DNA from: Puniceicoccales bacterium
GTDB taxonomy: Bacteria; Verrucomicrobiota; Verrucomicrobiia; Opitutales; JAIRLM01
Length of the DNA stretch: 45,171 nucleotides
Direction: 5' to 3'
Assembly: GCA_031287845.1 (NCBI GenBank)
Contig: JAITSI010000073.1
Location: 1 to 45,171 of the forward strand
The position numbers were made by a program, and so were the translations under genes. Each line of letters begins with the position of its first letter. The first letter of the stretch is position 1. This document shows positions 19,101-27,601 of the stretch, one piece after another. The notes below the pieces were generated by a model. It saw nothing but the letters and a program-made list of their open reading frames with translations, ran no database searches and had not been told where the DNA came from.

Positions 19101-20309
19101 GACGCCGCATGGCAGAACCACAATTTTAACTCCGGAATCAACACATTACGCGCCGTCGCCTCTGCGGTGATGCTGGGCGGCGTTCCGTCAACGGCCCTAA
19201 TGGATGTTGCCACTACCATGGTCAGCGGAACGATTGGCCGGACCCTTGTAAAAGTCGTGCCAAATTTCATTAAATACTTCGTCAACAGGAAGTTCTCCGC
19301 GGAAATGCTAGAAGATCTGCGTGCCCTAGGCTTTTACGTGGAAAATGGCCTGCACGGCTCATCGGGAAGATTTACCGAGGCCTGGCAGGACCCTACCCTC
19401 GCCGCAAAAATCGAACGCGGAGCCCGAAAATTCAGCGACCTGAGCTACCGACTGAGCGGCGCCAACGCCATCCTGGGCGGATACGAGCACGTGAAGGCAT
19501 CGGTCAACTGCCTGGACATAAGACGCTTAGCCGAAAAAGCGATGCGAGGGAAAAAGTTCACACTCACCGAAAAAAATCGGCTCAACCTAGGCCGTATAAC
19601 CGAGGACGAGCTGCTCGAAATCGGCGAGCAGATTGGAAAGTTTGGGGAAAAGGACGGTGGCAAATTGCTCAATTTGGATCTCTGGACCAACCAGCGTGCC
19701 CGGGAAAATTGCATCTATACAATTCACCAATGGGGTGATCTGGATGTGATGAAGCCAGGATTTGAAACACCGCGCCTTACTCCTCTCGGAGAACTACTTC
19801 TGCAATTTAAAAAGTTTATGATTCCCGCCTACGACCGCTGCGTCCTGCCAACGATCCAGCGGCTCGCGGTCGGGGAATATAACGTCGTTTGTCGCATTGT
19901 TGCGATGATCTGCCTGGGAGGTTTTCGCGATATGCTCAACCGCGTCAGCGAGTTTCGCGCGCTTCCCACGGCCAAGGAATTTATCCTCCATGGCATCGCG
20001 GAAGCGGACATCTTCCCATTTGTCGGTTCGATGTTTAAGGACATGACCCAAGCCTTTTACTCCCACGACGTTCTGGACACGATCGGCGACAATTTGCTCT
20101 CCCAATTCATCCCGCCATCGGTGCGCGTCATAGCGAACGCCATCCGCGGCGGCAACGGCCTGACAAAGCTACTTATCGGCAACGAACGTCCTACGTCCAA
20201 GGAGGTAAGAGCCTTAAAACAAAGCATTTGGATGAATAACCACTACTTTCTCCGCGGCGTCCTGCGCCACTGGCAGGAGGCAATGCTAGAACCGCGAAAG
20301 CGAAAATAA
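16182..20309 (+). CDS. Large internal virion / ejection protein (gp16-like, by order and size)
   Basis: It is 1375 aa with a long central Glu/Lys/Arg coiled-coil region and C-terminal hydrophobic segments. No lytic transglycosylase motif was recognised by eye. Confidence 0.6.
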   Translation: MNDHLLIWPERTLERNERNDVYREQTTFAEDVGRAMRDTAIYRIGKRFVVDPIHRIVERDDSDPDFDWRVFAERYSYRYPEEIFRSANGKRQALRHMADYDRWLRDRTAQSRHPVMNALLNFGGFLVDLTALHAIPFIGGLGHRIQNALGMKIAGKMGAAYADSILADVIPCATAFMMDTGAIELARTLASDRETLGDNAMAISANVALAGLLGGVHGAVGKYRAIRNRARTQKVAEKLDEKGLHFDRQPSEEEMEKFLRDIEAATSTKEESRRPLGPDDIPTLDDVVGKIPAEAGQSVVVQSFIRKIAFSSIVKASTSPCPITRRIAMHLADSRSLRVGPDANLRGVEIQIRSETNRLTNTVETALGKAWEKVRQDKRPEFSKINEQEFFDSIGTALWNGDTSANPYAAEVAKELRPTVDKMLELWKKADLGDRKSHFEEKFSTEAAKWENEVAELRKKMTEKPDPRVEKQLDERLKRLQKIRKTLSAEREELQKQLEANIKSLIIEEDQNFGRSVSLKIGKIDGELEKLRKQLAGEEGEHIDKFRKSHGEKLQKKIDRLMAEREELRGRLENSPSAAKRITVAMDRLLERYLIRQEELEQKIARREELQKTQPTPGNLTQLQRLRTSHADLEEKFGKLIQERQEKIEASDSHGILKSISIRERNIEKLAAYMARDEKLLVELKGKKFSTETAREIDQTMVRLRRIRAKLEADSRELNRIRAKEGAFTGLKGRIALREKHIILTDKALEDAEAALEKHRNWEPPERLAEMVERREAKRAEALRNLERVRRGELTDEEWDLPNGDPSYITRQYNIAEISRRPIDFINRISDWYEKNGGLNPKDAQELGIFVKNHILGNTYDRGPGLIHLPQVRGIEQRRILDIPTSEIADFIIKDPRTLFPKMFRTIVPDFHIKTRLGTLDTGEFEKKITSWYDGEIRDGRMQGEAAQKHLQTDVRALRALMARLRNISNLTGDAAWQNHNFNSGINTLRAVASAVMLGGVPSTALMDVATTMVSGTIGRTLVKVVPNFIKYFVNRKFSAEMLEDLRALGFYVENGLHGSSGRFTEAWQDPTLAAKIERGARKFSDLSYRLSGANAILGGYEHVKASVNCLDIRRLAEKAMRGKKFTLTEKNRLNLGRITEDELLEIGEQIGKFGEKDGGKLLNLDLWTNQRARENCIYTIHQWGDLDVMKPGFETPRLTPLGELLLQFKKFMIPAYDRCVLPTIQRLAVGEYNVVCRIVAMICLGGFRDMLNRVSEFRALPTAKEFILHGIAEADIFPFVGSMFKDMTQAFYSHDVLDTIGDNLLSQFIPPSVRVIANAIRGGNGLTKLLIGNERPTSKEVRALKQSIWMNNHYFLRGVLRHWQEAMLEPRKRK

Positions 20310-20321
20310 CGAGGATCTCAC

Positions 20322-22445
20322 ATGGATAATCCAACGCTCATCTCCGTAAACGACCGCTACGTCCAGGCCATCTACCACGGCGGCGGGACCCTACGCTTCG
20401 CCTTCGACTTCCCAATCTACGCGCCATCCAGCGTGCAGTTGTTCGTGGACAACGCCTTATGGAAATTCACCGAGGACTACACCGTCACCGTAGTGGAAAA
20501 TGAGGGCGGCTTCATAGATCTATTAAAGGAGCCGGCCGACGGGGCAACTTTGACGCTGGTGGGCGCAACGCCCCTCGTTCGCACGGAGTACTATGTCCCT
20601 CCCACCGCGGATGTTACCGCTCTAAACGCGGAGCTGGACAAAACGCTATTCCGTCTGCAGCAGATCGACCGGGACCTGCTCGGCTGTCTGAAGAACCGCC
20701 GGGACGAGACGGAAATCGATAACACCGTGCTACCAAAGACCTTGGAACGCCTGGGCAAGTTCGCGGTGTGGGGCAGCGATTCCGGCCGGCTCACCTACGC
20801 CGGCGATCCCACCGAGGGCGGCGACGACCCAACCACCGACTACGCAAGGACCTATAACAATCTATCCGACCTGACCGACCCGGCCGCGGCGCGGGAAAAT
20901 TTGGCCATCGTCCAGGGCCACGCCATCAACGGCTTAGCGCAGCGGCCCAATTTGATTTTCACCGGTGACGCGGTCTCGACCGTGGACGCGCCCGGCCAAC
21001 TTGCTACGCTGGTGACACTTAACAGCCGCGTAAAAACCTTTGCGGACATTTGGGGAATTTTGCCCATCGTCCAGGGCGGAACCGGCGCAAACAATGCCGG
21101 CGAGGCGCGAAAAAACCTGGGCCTGCTGGCGGTGGCGCACACGGCTAACTTCTACGACCTCAACAACATCCCACCGATCGTCCACCATATCTCCAACACC
21201 GGCACGGGCACCGGAGTCTTCGCTTGGACGATCAATGGCATCGCATCGCTCCTGTCCCTGACCTCCGACGGCACGGTCGCCATCTCTAAGGTCCAGAACG
21301 GCAACGCCATAGAGCTTGCCGTCTCCTCCGTCCCAATGGACCGGCTGTCCGGAATCCTTCCTCCGCACAGCGGCGGTACCGGCCTTGGCACCAATGACTT
21401 AGCAATTGCCGACGCCGGCACCGTCCCCACTCTCACGGCGAACCGCACCTTCACCCTGCAAACCCCGTCCACCGGCCACGAGATTTTTTTCCGCTCGAGC
21501 CTTCTTCCCCAACGGCGCCGGCTCCGCTTCGAAGGCGATGGCGTCACACTGGCCGACGACTCCGCTGGCAATGCCACGGTCGTTTCCCTAAGTGGTTCCG
21601 ACGGAACGATTGGTCGCTATTTCGCCCATCGATTTTTTTCATCGGAATTTCAAAACGACGTTCTCATTGTCCCGCAATCCGCCATCCCCTTTCCCATCGT
21701 CGACCCGCTGCTCTTCGTCCGCGACGATTTCGGAAACTACGTCGAGACAGGGACTTCCGTCCTGAACGGCTCCCACGTGCAAATCATTGCCCAACCCTTC
21801 GACGGCAAGCTGCTCATCTGCGAACCCGGCGGCAACGGCTTTGGCCTCTTCGCATCCATCCCATTCTCCGAGAACGACTTCTCCGACGATCGCCTGGAAA
21901 TTTCGCAGGACGCGGTCCCCTTTGACCTGGTCGATCCGCTGGTCGAGGTGCTGGACGACGGCGGCGCCTACGTCAACTGCGCCATCGCCGTGGCAAATTA
22001 CATTTCCCTCACCCTGCGCGCCAAGCCGTTCTCCGGCAAGGTGTTACTCTTCCGCGGAGACCTGGAGCAGGTCTTCGGCCGGCACAAAATTCTCGCTCCA
22101 AACGGCGACGTCCTGCCCGACCGGCTCAGTCTGCAATTTACGGGACCCGGAGTCCAGTCGGTCACGGACAACCGGTCTGACGGGAAAACTGTCGTAACCA
22201 TCTCCGGCGGAGGTGGAAGCGGCGGCAAGCTAGCGACCGTGGAATTCACGGAGGACGACTTCAACGGCACGCAGCTGGTCCTGCCGGCAGTGCTTATTCC
22301 CTTTTCCTATGTTACTCCAATCGTGCAAGTTACCAACGTTGCCGGCCAGTACGGCATCGCCGCCGTCACCGTCGATCCCGACACGCTGGACATCGTGGTC
22401 GAGGGCGAGCCCTTCGCGGGAAAAATAATTCTAATGTCCAACTAG
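20322..22445 (+). CDS. Tail fibre / spike protein with three C-terminal ~70-aa tandem domains
   Basis: It has the fibre motifs ILPIVQGGTGANNAGEARKNLGL and LPPHSGGTGLG. Three related modules end in ...PFDGKLLI, ...PFSGKVLLF and ...PFAGKIILM. Confidence 0.7.
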   Translation: MDNPTLISVNDRYVQAIYHGGGTLRFAFDFPIYAPSSVQLFVDNALWKFTEDYTVTVVENEGGFIDLLKEPADGATLTLVGATPLVRTEYYVPPTADVTALNAELDKTLFRLQQIDRDLLGCLKNRRDETEIDNTVLPKTLERLGKFAVWGSDSGRLTYAGDPTEGGDDPTTDYARTYNNLSDLTDPAAARENLAIVQGHAINGLAQRPNLIFTGDAVSTVDAPGQLATLVTLNSRVKTFADIWGILPIVQGGTGANNAGEARKNLGLLAVAHTANFYDLNNIPPIVHHISNTGTGTGVFAWTINGIASLLSLTSDGTVAISKVQNGNAIELAVSSVPMDRLSGILPPHSGGTGLGTNDLAIADAGTVPTLTANRTFTLQTPSTGHEIFFRSSLLPQRRRLRFEGDGVTLADDSAGNATVVSLSGSDGTIGRYFAHRFFSSEFQNDVLIVPQSAIPFPIVDPLLFVRDDFGNYVETGTSVLNGSHVQIIAQPFDGKLLICEPGGNGFGLFASIPFSENDFSDDRLEISQDAVPFDLVDPLVEVLDDGGAYVNCAIAVANYISLTLRAKPFSGKVLLFRGDLEQVFGRHKILAPNGDVLPDRLSLQFTGPGVQSVTDNRSDGKTVVTISGGGGSGGKLATVEFTEDDFNGTQLVLPAVLIPFSYVTPIVQVTNVAGQYGIAAVTVDPDTLDIVVEGEPFAGKIILMSN

Positions 22446-22457
22446 GGGGGGACGTAA

Positions 22458-22679
22458 ATGATGTGTTTAAAAAAAGCGCAGAAGGGGAGGAAGTCTCGAA
22501 TCAAAAAGGTTCCCGATGGCAAAGGGGAAGAGTCGAACCAGGAACATAAAATGACGACCATCACAATCGATGAACTTTTCGAAATGATGAAGAGGCACGT
22601 GTTGGGCAAACCGCCTCAAGCTCCTGAGACAGAGCGACGTATCGCCAATGAAAGGAATAGCAATGGCACAGGAAATTAG
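22458..22679 (+). CDS. Small hypothetical ORF (73 aa)
   Basis: It is preceded by GGGGGG and has a basic N-terminus. It overlaps the next gene and its coding status is uncertain. Confidence 0.3.
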   Translation: MMCLKKAQKGRKSRIKKVPDGKGEESNQEHKMTTITIDELFEMMKRHVLGKPPQAPETERRIANERNSNGTGN

Positions 22680-23586
22680 AACTCCCATTGAAATGACGAA
22701 CGTCTCGGCGGTGCCGCCAACGCCGCCGGACGGAACCATTGTCGCCTACGCCAAAGCCGGTAAATTTTCCGTAAAGGACTCTGCCGGAACGGTTACCGCG
22801 CTGGAGCCGTCCCACTACAACGCCGTCCTCGACGATTACTTTGAAGAGCTTCCCCAGCAGTCTGCCGTTCGCTTCATCGGAGCCACATTGGAGGATGACC
22901 CGCTGGTCGGTTGCACCAATGTCTCCATCCGGACGGATTACGCAACCACCGACGGTCACGTGATTTACGACTCCATCGGCACGGCCTACGCCCAACGCTC
23001 TAAGCTGATCTTTCGCGGCGACGGCCTGTCAGCGATCGTCGACGAACCGGACAACTCCGCAACGGCGGTGGTTTTGGCCGGAGGAGGAGGCGGCAGCGGC
23101 GGCGACATCACCGGCTACATTGCAAACTGCGTAACCAAGTCTCCTCCAGGAACTTTTGCGTTTTCCGAGAAGACGCTGACCGTGGCTGCGGGAGTTGCGG
23201 CGCTGGTTCCAAACGGCAAAAATTCCGACGGCACCTGGAAGGGCATCCAGGCGCAAACTTCTGCGTCCCAATCGATTGGCGAATCCTTGGCAGCGGCGAC
23301 GGCGGGAATTCTCTTCCTCATGGACGACGGAACGCTACAAACCATTCCCGCAGAGCACTATTTCACCGGTGCCACTCCGCCGGGGGATCGCTCCGACGCC
23401 GTCTGGTACAACGCGGACACCAATTTGGCAACGGCCTATGACGCTGCAGGAGACGAGCTTGGCCAATTTTTCGGGGTGCCCATCGCCGACTTTCGCACCG
23501 ACGCCGCCGGAAATGTGGAGGAGGTCAAGCCGCGCGCTGTGGTGAACGTGGCCAACGGGGTCCTATTTCGCTATTGGGAAGACTAG
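22663..23586 (+). CDS. Tail fibre-like protein
   Basis: ATG 22663 follows AAAGGAA. The N-terminus ...VPPTPPDGTIVAYAKAGKFSVKDSAGTVTAL is a common fibre N-terminal motif, and there is an internal GGGGGSGGD linker. Confidence 0.55.
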   Translation: MAQEIRTPIEMTNVSAVPPTPPDGTIVAYAKAGKFSVKDSAGTVTALEPSHYNAVLDDYFEELPQQSAVRFIGATLEDDPLVGCTNVSIRTDYATTDGHVIYDSIGTAYAQRSKLIFRGDGLSAIVDEPDNSATAVVLAGGGGGSGGDITGYIANCVTKSPPGTFAFSEKTLTVAAGVAALVPNGKNSDGTWKGIQAQTSASQSIGESLAAATAGILFLMDDGTLQTIPAEHYFTGATPPGDRSDAVWYNADTNLATAYDAAGDELGQFFGVPIADFRTDAAGNVEEVKPRAVVNVANGVLFRYWED

Positions 23587-23587
23587 C

Positions 23588-24952
23588 ATGCGTATTTTAG
23601 CCTATCGAGTTCTAGGGACGGGCGGAGACCCAACCGTCTATTACACAACGAAGTACGGCAGTTTTGCCGACGATCCGGTCCCCGCCGGCACCCGCATCTA
23701 CGCGGACAATCTATTTCACACTTTCGTCGAAGTTGCAACTGCCAACTCCCATCGATACTCTGGAACCATCGGCGCCCCCTGGACGCAGCCAACCATGACG
23801 GCGAGCCAAACTAGCTACGGCGGAGAGCTTTGGGCCTTGGACGCACCCTGGGGAACCAACGACCCGGTTTGGCTTCTTTCCGACGGCAATTTGCAACAGC
23901 ACGTTGCGAGCGGCCACCGGAGCAGGCCCTATCCCTATCTGTTCTACAATCCAAATCCCCTAACTGTCACGTCCGTAAGGATTTGCAACAGTTACGAGGA
24001 CCATGTGACCAGCTGGTCATTCTGGTGTTCGGATAACCGCGACGATTGGACACAACTGGCAAGTGGCTCCGCTGGAAACACAAGTGCCTACGGCCAATGG
24101 ACTTTCGCCGTTCCGAACTCCGGAGCTCACCGGTACTATGAATTTCGCGTTGTGGGAGGAACGGACGGCGACTGGCAAAACCTTTCGGAGATCACGCTCT
24201 ATGGTATTCAGGACGTGGTAGATGCGCCGGAGGTGACGGTCCTGGACGAGTCCAACGCCAAGCAACTTTTTGGATTCTGCACAAAGAAAGAAGATGAAAT
24301 GAAATTCTATCTGGTAACGGTTGGCGACATCACCCCGTGGGCCCATGCGGAGGGCTCATTTTACACGACGGCATCGGCGCCGCCAGGATCCTATCCGCTT
24401 ACGCAGCAGGAATATGACGCGCTGAACTACCGCATCGCCGACGGGGACACACTTTCCTGGTACGCGGACCAGCGTCCCTACACAACTGCGCCATGGAGTC
24501 AGCCCATCTTCACAGGTTACACCGCTGGAGATGGTTCGGTAATTTCCGCCGGAAACTACCAGGCGACCTATTCCGAATATCCCTGGAAGGCCATGGACGG
24601 CTACAGCACAGGCGACGGAAGATTCTGGGGCACAACGGCTACGACCACCTGGTGGAAGGTGGTATTCCCCTATAAAATTCTACTAACGGGACTGGTTCAC
24701 TATAGTCGCTATAATAGCACCTACGCCGCTGTACAGGGCCGCTATTGGGCAGAGGAGGCAATGCAAACGCCCATCGGTTCCGCCATTAATGGGCCATCGA
24801 CATCCAATTGGTCCACAACGGTTTACGATGATTCGGCCCACCCAATCGTGACGGATCGGATTTACTTTCAGAAGACCGGCGGCCACGAAAATGGGGGCAT
24901 CGGCGAGGTAGTCATAACAGCCCGCAAACTCACCTACGAGGTACCACAATGA
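23588..24952 (+). CDS. Receptor-binding-type protein with two discoidin/galactose-binding-like domains
   Basis: Two segments have the look of F5/8-type-C / CBM32 domains: ...VTSVRICNSYEDHVTSWSFWCSDNRDDWTQL...YYEFRVV... and ...WWKVVFPYKILLTGLVHYSRYN...RIYFQK.... Confidence 0.5.
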   Translation: MRILAYRVLGTGGDPTVYYTTKYGSFADDPVPAGTRIYADNLFHTFVEVATANSHRYSGTIGAPWTQPTMTASQTSYGGELWALDAPWGTNDPVWLLSDGNLQQHVASGHRSRPYPYLFYNPNPLTVTSVRICNSYEDHVTSWSFWCSDNRDDWTQLASGSAGNTSAYGQWTFAVPNSGAHRYYEFRVVGGTDGDWQNLSEITLYGIQDVVDAPEVTVLDESNAKQLFGFCTKKEDEMKFYLVTVGDITPWAHAEGSFYTTASAPPGSYPLTQQEYDALNYRIADGDTLSWYADQRPYTTAPWSQPIFTGYTAGDGSVISAGNYQATYSEYPWKAMDGYSTGDGRFWGTTATTTWWKVVFPYKILLTGLVHYSRYNSTYAAVQGRYWAEEAMQTPIGSAINGPSTSNWSTTVYDDSAHPIVTDRIYFQKTGGHENGGIGEVVITARKLTYEVPQ

Positions 24953-25338
24953 GAGAAGAAAGAGCAAATCAACTGGAAGTGAATTTCGTCAGCAGGGCAT
25001 GGGTAAACGCGGCCAACTCCCTGGACCACAGAAAGTTATGGCTGATGGAGGCGGATGCGGTTGTGGAGACCTGGCAATCCTCCGATGGAGAAACCATGGC
25101 GCGGCGCTATGCCAGTGGCTGGCAGGAGATTAGGGGATGGAGGGCCGGATCGGGCGACTCGCTCATCACCTTCCCATTTCCATTCAAAAGTGTGAGGGAA
25201 TTTTGGATCGGACTGACCGTAAGCGGAACCGGCTACGCCTACTACACGGATCAAACGGAGAGCAGCATCCACATAGTGGCGCCGTCAACTTCTTCAAACG
25301 GAGTGGTTTGGTACGCAATTGGAATGGGGGCAAACTAG
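24949..25338 (+). CDS. Small tail-fibre tip-like protein (resembles the gp53-like fibre C-terminal domain)
   Basis: The start overlaps the previous stop as ATGA. The pattern is ...GWQEIRGW......ITFPFPFKSV....GLTVSG...........IHIVA......VVWYAIGMG. Confidence 0.4.
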   Translation: MREERANQLEVNFVSRAWVNAANSLDHRKLWLMEADAVVETWQSSDGETMARRYASGWQEIRGWRAGSGDSLITFPFPFKSVREFWIGLTVSGTGYAYYTDQTESSIHIVAPSTSSNGVVWYAIGMGAN

Positions 25339-25339
25339 A

Positions 25340-25729
25340 ATGGAATTCGAAATAGGACAGAAATTTGGGGGAAAATACCCTCCGGAAGTGGCGGAGTGGT
25401 GTGGCCGCAACGGTGTCCGCATCGTGCGAGATGGGGCGAGCGGCTGGCGCATCGAAGCGATGCCAACTCCTACGGTGGAGGAACTTAGCGCCGCCAAGCG
25501 GGAGGAAATCAGGCGGGCCCTGGACGCCGCCGACTGGCGATCCATGCGCGAACACGACCGCCACGCCGCGAACCCAACCTACCAAACGGACCAAACGGTA
25601 TTCGCCCATAAGCAATTTTTGCGTGACTTCGACGCACAGGAAAATTGGTGGGAGCGGGGCGTGCCCAGCTACGAAGAGTTTCTGGAGCAGAACAACTTGG
25701 AGGACGACAATGACAACGACGAACAATGA
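25340..25729 (+). CDS. Putative tail-fibre assembly / chaperone-like protein
   Basis: A 129-aa acidic protein lies immediately upstream of, and overlaps, a fibre gene. The call rests on position only. Confidence 0.35.
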   Translation: MEFEIGQKFGGKYPPEVAEWCGRNGVRIVRDGASGWRIEAMPTPTVEELSAAKREEIRRALDAADWRSMREHDRHAANPTYQTDQTVFAHKQFLRDFDAQENWWERGVPSYEEFLEQNNLEDDNDNDEQ

Positions 25730-27587
25730 TCAATTGCTGCTTGTGGATGACGAGGAGCTGCGGACGCCGGGTGCTGGCAGCTTCGCACTTGGCTATGTGA
25801 ACGGGGAACTATGGCAAAAAGATGACCAGGGATTCTCGCTAAAAATTCTCACGGAGGACTCAATGGAGGGCTATGTCCCCTCCACTCGGACTGTAAATGG
25901 GATGCCGCTTAGCGCCGACGTCACTTTCACAACCGACAACATCCAACAGGGTACGAGCAACTTGTACAACGTACAAGCGGACTTTGCCGAAGTGGACCCA
26001 GCCGAAGCATCCTTCATTAAAAACAAGCAGTCGCTTCAAGACGGCCACGTGATTTTGGACCCGGACGGCACCGCCCTGGAGCAGCGGAGCAAGCTGCAAT
26101 TCCAAGGTGCTGCAATCGAGTCAGTTACGGACGACGGAGCCAACGACGTGACCATCGTAACCATTGCCGGCGGGGACGATCCTGGCATGGCAAACCCCAT
26201 GACGGCGAAGGGCGACATCATCGTCGGCGTGGACGCAAGTGGCTCTCCGGGAAAGCTTTCCATCGGTGCGGCCGGACAGGTTTTGACCGTCGATTCCGCC
26301 GGCGACGAACTCTCCTGGAAAACGCCATTTTCCAATCCCATGAGCGCTGTCGGCGACCTGATCGTGGGCGGCACAAACGGCACGCCAACACGGCTGGCAG
26401 CTGATTCAGCCGGCAAGGTGCTTAGCGTAACATCCTCCGGCACAATTGGATGGACGACTCCCTTCGCGAATCCCATGTCCTCCGCAGGCGATCTAATCGT
26501 GGGCGGGACGGACGGCCTGGCGACGCGGCTGCCCATCGGCGAACCGGGTTCCACCCTGCGCGTTTTAGCGGCGGGAACGCTCGGCTGGGCAACGGAGCTG
26601 GAAGACCGTAACCTATGGCCCGGCAACGAGTTGTTTTCATCGTCAACCTACGTGGCGGAGCCATACTTCGTGGTCGACTCCTTCGTCACGGCGCTGGACG
26701 GCTGGGTAATTTATAGGCCCTCCTCAGCTGCAGTGACGAATACAACGTTTACCGCAACGCCAATCTTAACCTCCTATGCCAATGGCTTTAACGACGCTAC
26801 TCTCAATCGCAAAAGCGGCGACAAATCTGTCGCCACATACTACATTAACCGCCCATTCAGCTGGCGCGAAACGGCACCGCTGGTCGGCAAAACAGTCACA
26901 TTTAGCTTCGGACTAAAACTGGGTGCTGGACTCCTATCAGCCATCTCCTCCAACGGCATTCATGTTCGCGTAACCGGCACGGCGGGAGAGAATTCCCAAC
27001 TCAACATCGGCTACGACGGCAGCTTTGGAGACTCCAATCAAGTACTCGCCACAATGCCCGTAATTTCCAGCGGTTCCAGCACCTCATTTCTGCGCCAATC
27101 CCTAACCTTCGAAGTACCCTCGGACATTCAGCAAATCTGCATCTGCATAAGCCACACGCCCGCCGCTTCGACAAGCTCCACCACCTACACATTTGCCCTG
27201 CGCCTTCCTGCCGTTCGCATTGGATTGGAATCCGGCGAACCCAACATTCCCCAATTCGCATCGAATTACATAGCAAATGGGCTTCGCTTTCAGCGGGTAT
27301 TGGCAAGCGCAAACGGTTCCGTGGTGCAGGATGAAATTACGGAACGCTTTTTCCCGTTCCCCATACCCATGGAAACCTCCGGTAACATCCTCTGCGTCAG
27401 GGCAATCGATGCCGTAACGCCAAGCGGCTACGGGCCAGCCGCCATCACCCAGGTAACCTCCGTGACGCCCCGCGGCTTTACCGTTGCCCGCAGCGCCGCA
27501 TCCATCAGCGACCGAGCAGGTTACGCCACCTGGTACCACTTTGGCGAGCTGCTTTGGCCATTCGACGCCGTGATTCCTAACTTCTAG
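25710..27587 (+). CDS. Tail fibre, paralog A
   Basis: ATG 25710 begins MTTTNNDQ...; the longer ORF from 25365 is an out-of-context extension. It has three NPM..GD(L/I)IVG....G...RL..G..G.VL......W repeats and a ~330-aa distal domain. It is paralogous to 27602..29497. Confidence 0.75.
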   Translation: MTTTNNDQLLLVDDEELRTPGAGSFALGYVNGELWQKDDQGFSLKILTEDSMEGYVPSTRTVNGMPLSADVTFTTDNIQQGTSNLYNVQADFAEVDPAEASFIKNKQSLQDGHVILDPDGTALEQRSKLQFQGAAIESVTDDGANDVTIVTIAGGDDPGMANPMTAKGDIIVGVDASGSPGKLSIGAAGQVLTVDSAGDELSWKTPFSNPMSAVGDLIVGGTNGTPTRLAADSAGKVLSVTSSGTIGWTTPFANPMSSAGDLIVGGTDGLATRLPIGEPGSTLRVLAAGTLGWATELEDRNLWPGNELFSSSTYVAEPYFVVDSFVTALDGWVIYRPSSAAVTNTTFTATPILTSYANGFNDATLNRKSGDKSVATYYINRPFSWRETAPLVGKTVTFSFGLKLGAGLLSAISSNGIHVRVTGTAGENSQLNIGYDGSFGDSNQVLATMPVISSGSSTSFLRQSLTFEVPSDIQQICICISHTPAASTSSTTYTFALRLPAVRIGLESGEPNIPQFASNYIANGLRFQRVLASANGSVVQDEITERFFPFPIPMETSGNILCVRAIDAVTPSGYGPAAITQVTSVTPRGFTVARSAASISDRAGYATWYHFGELLWPFDAVIPNF

Positions 27588-27601
27588 AAGGAGAGCATTC
27601 T

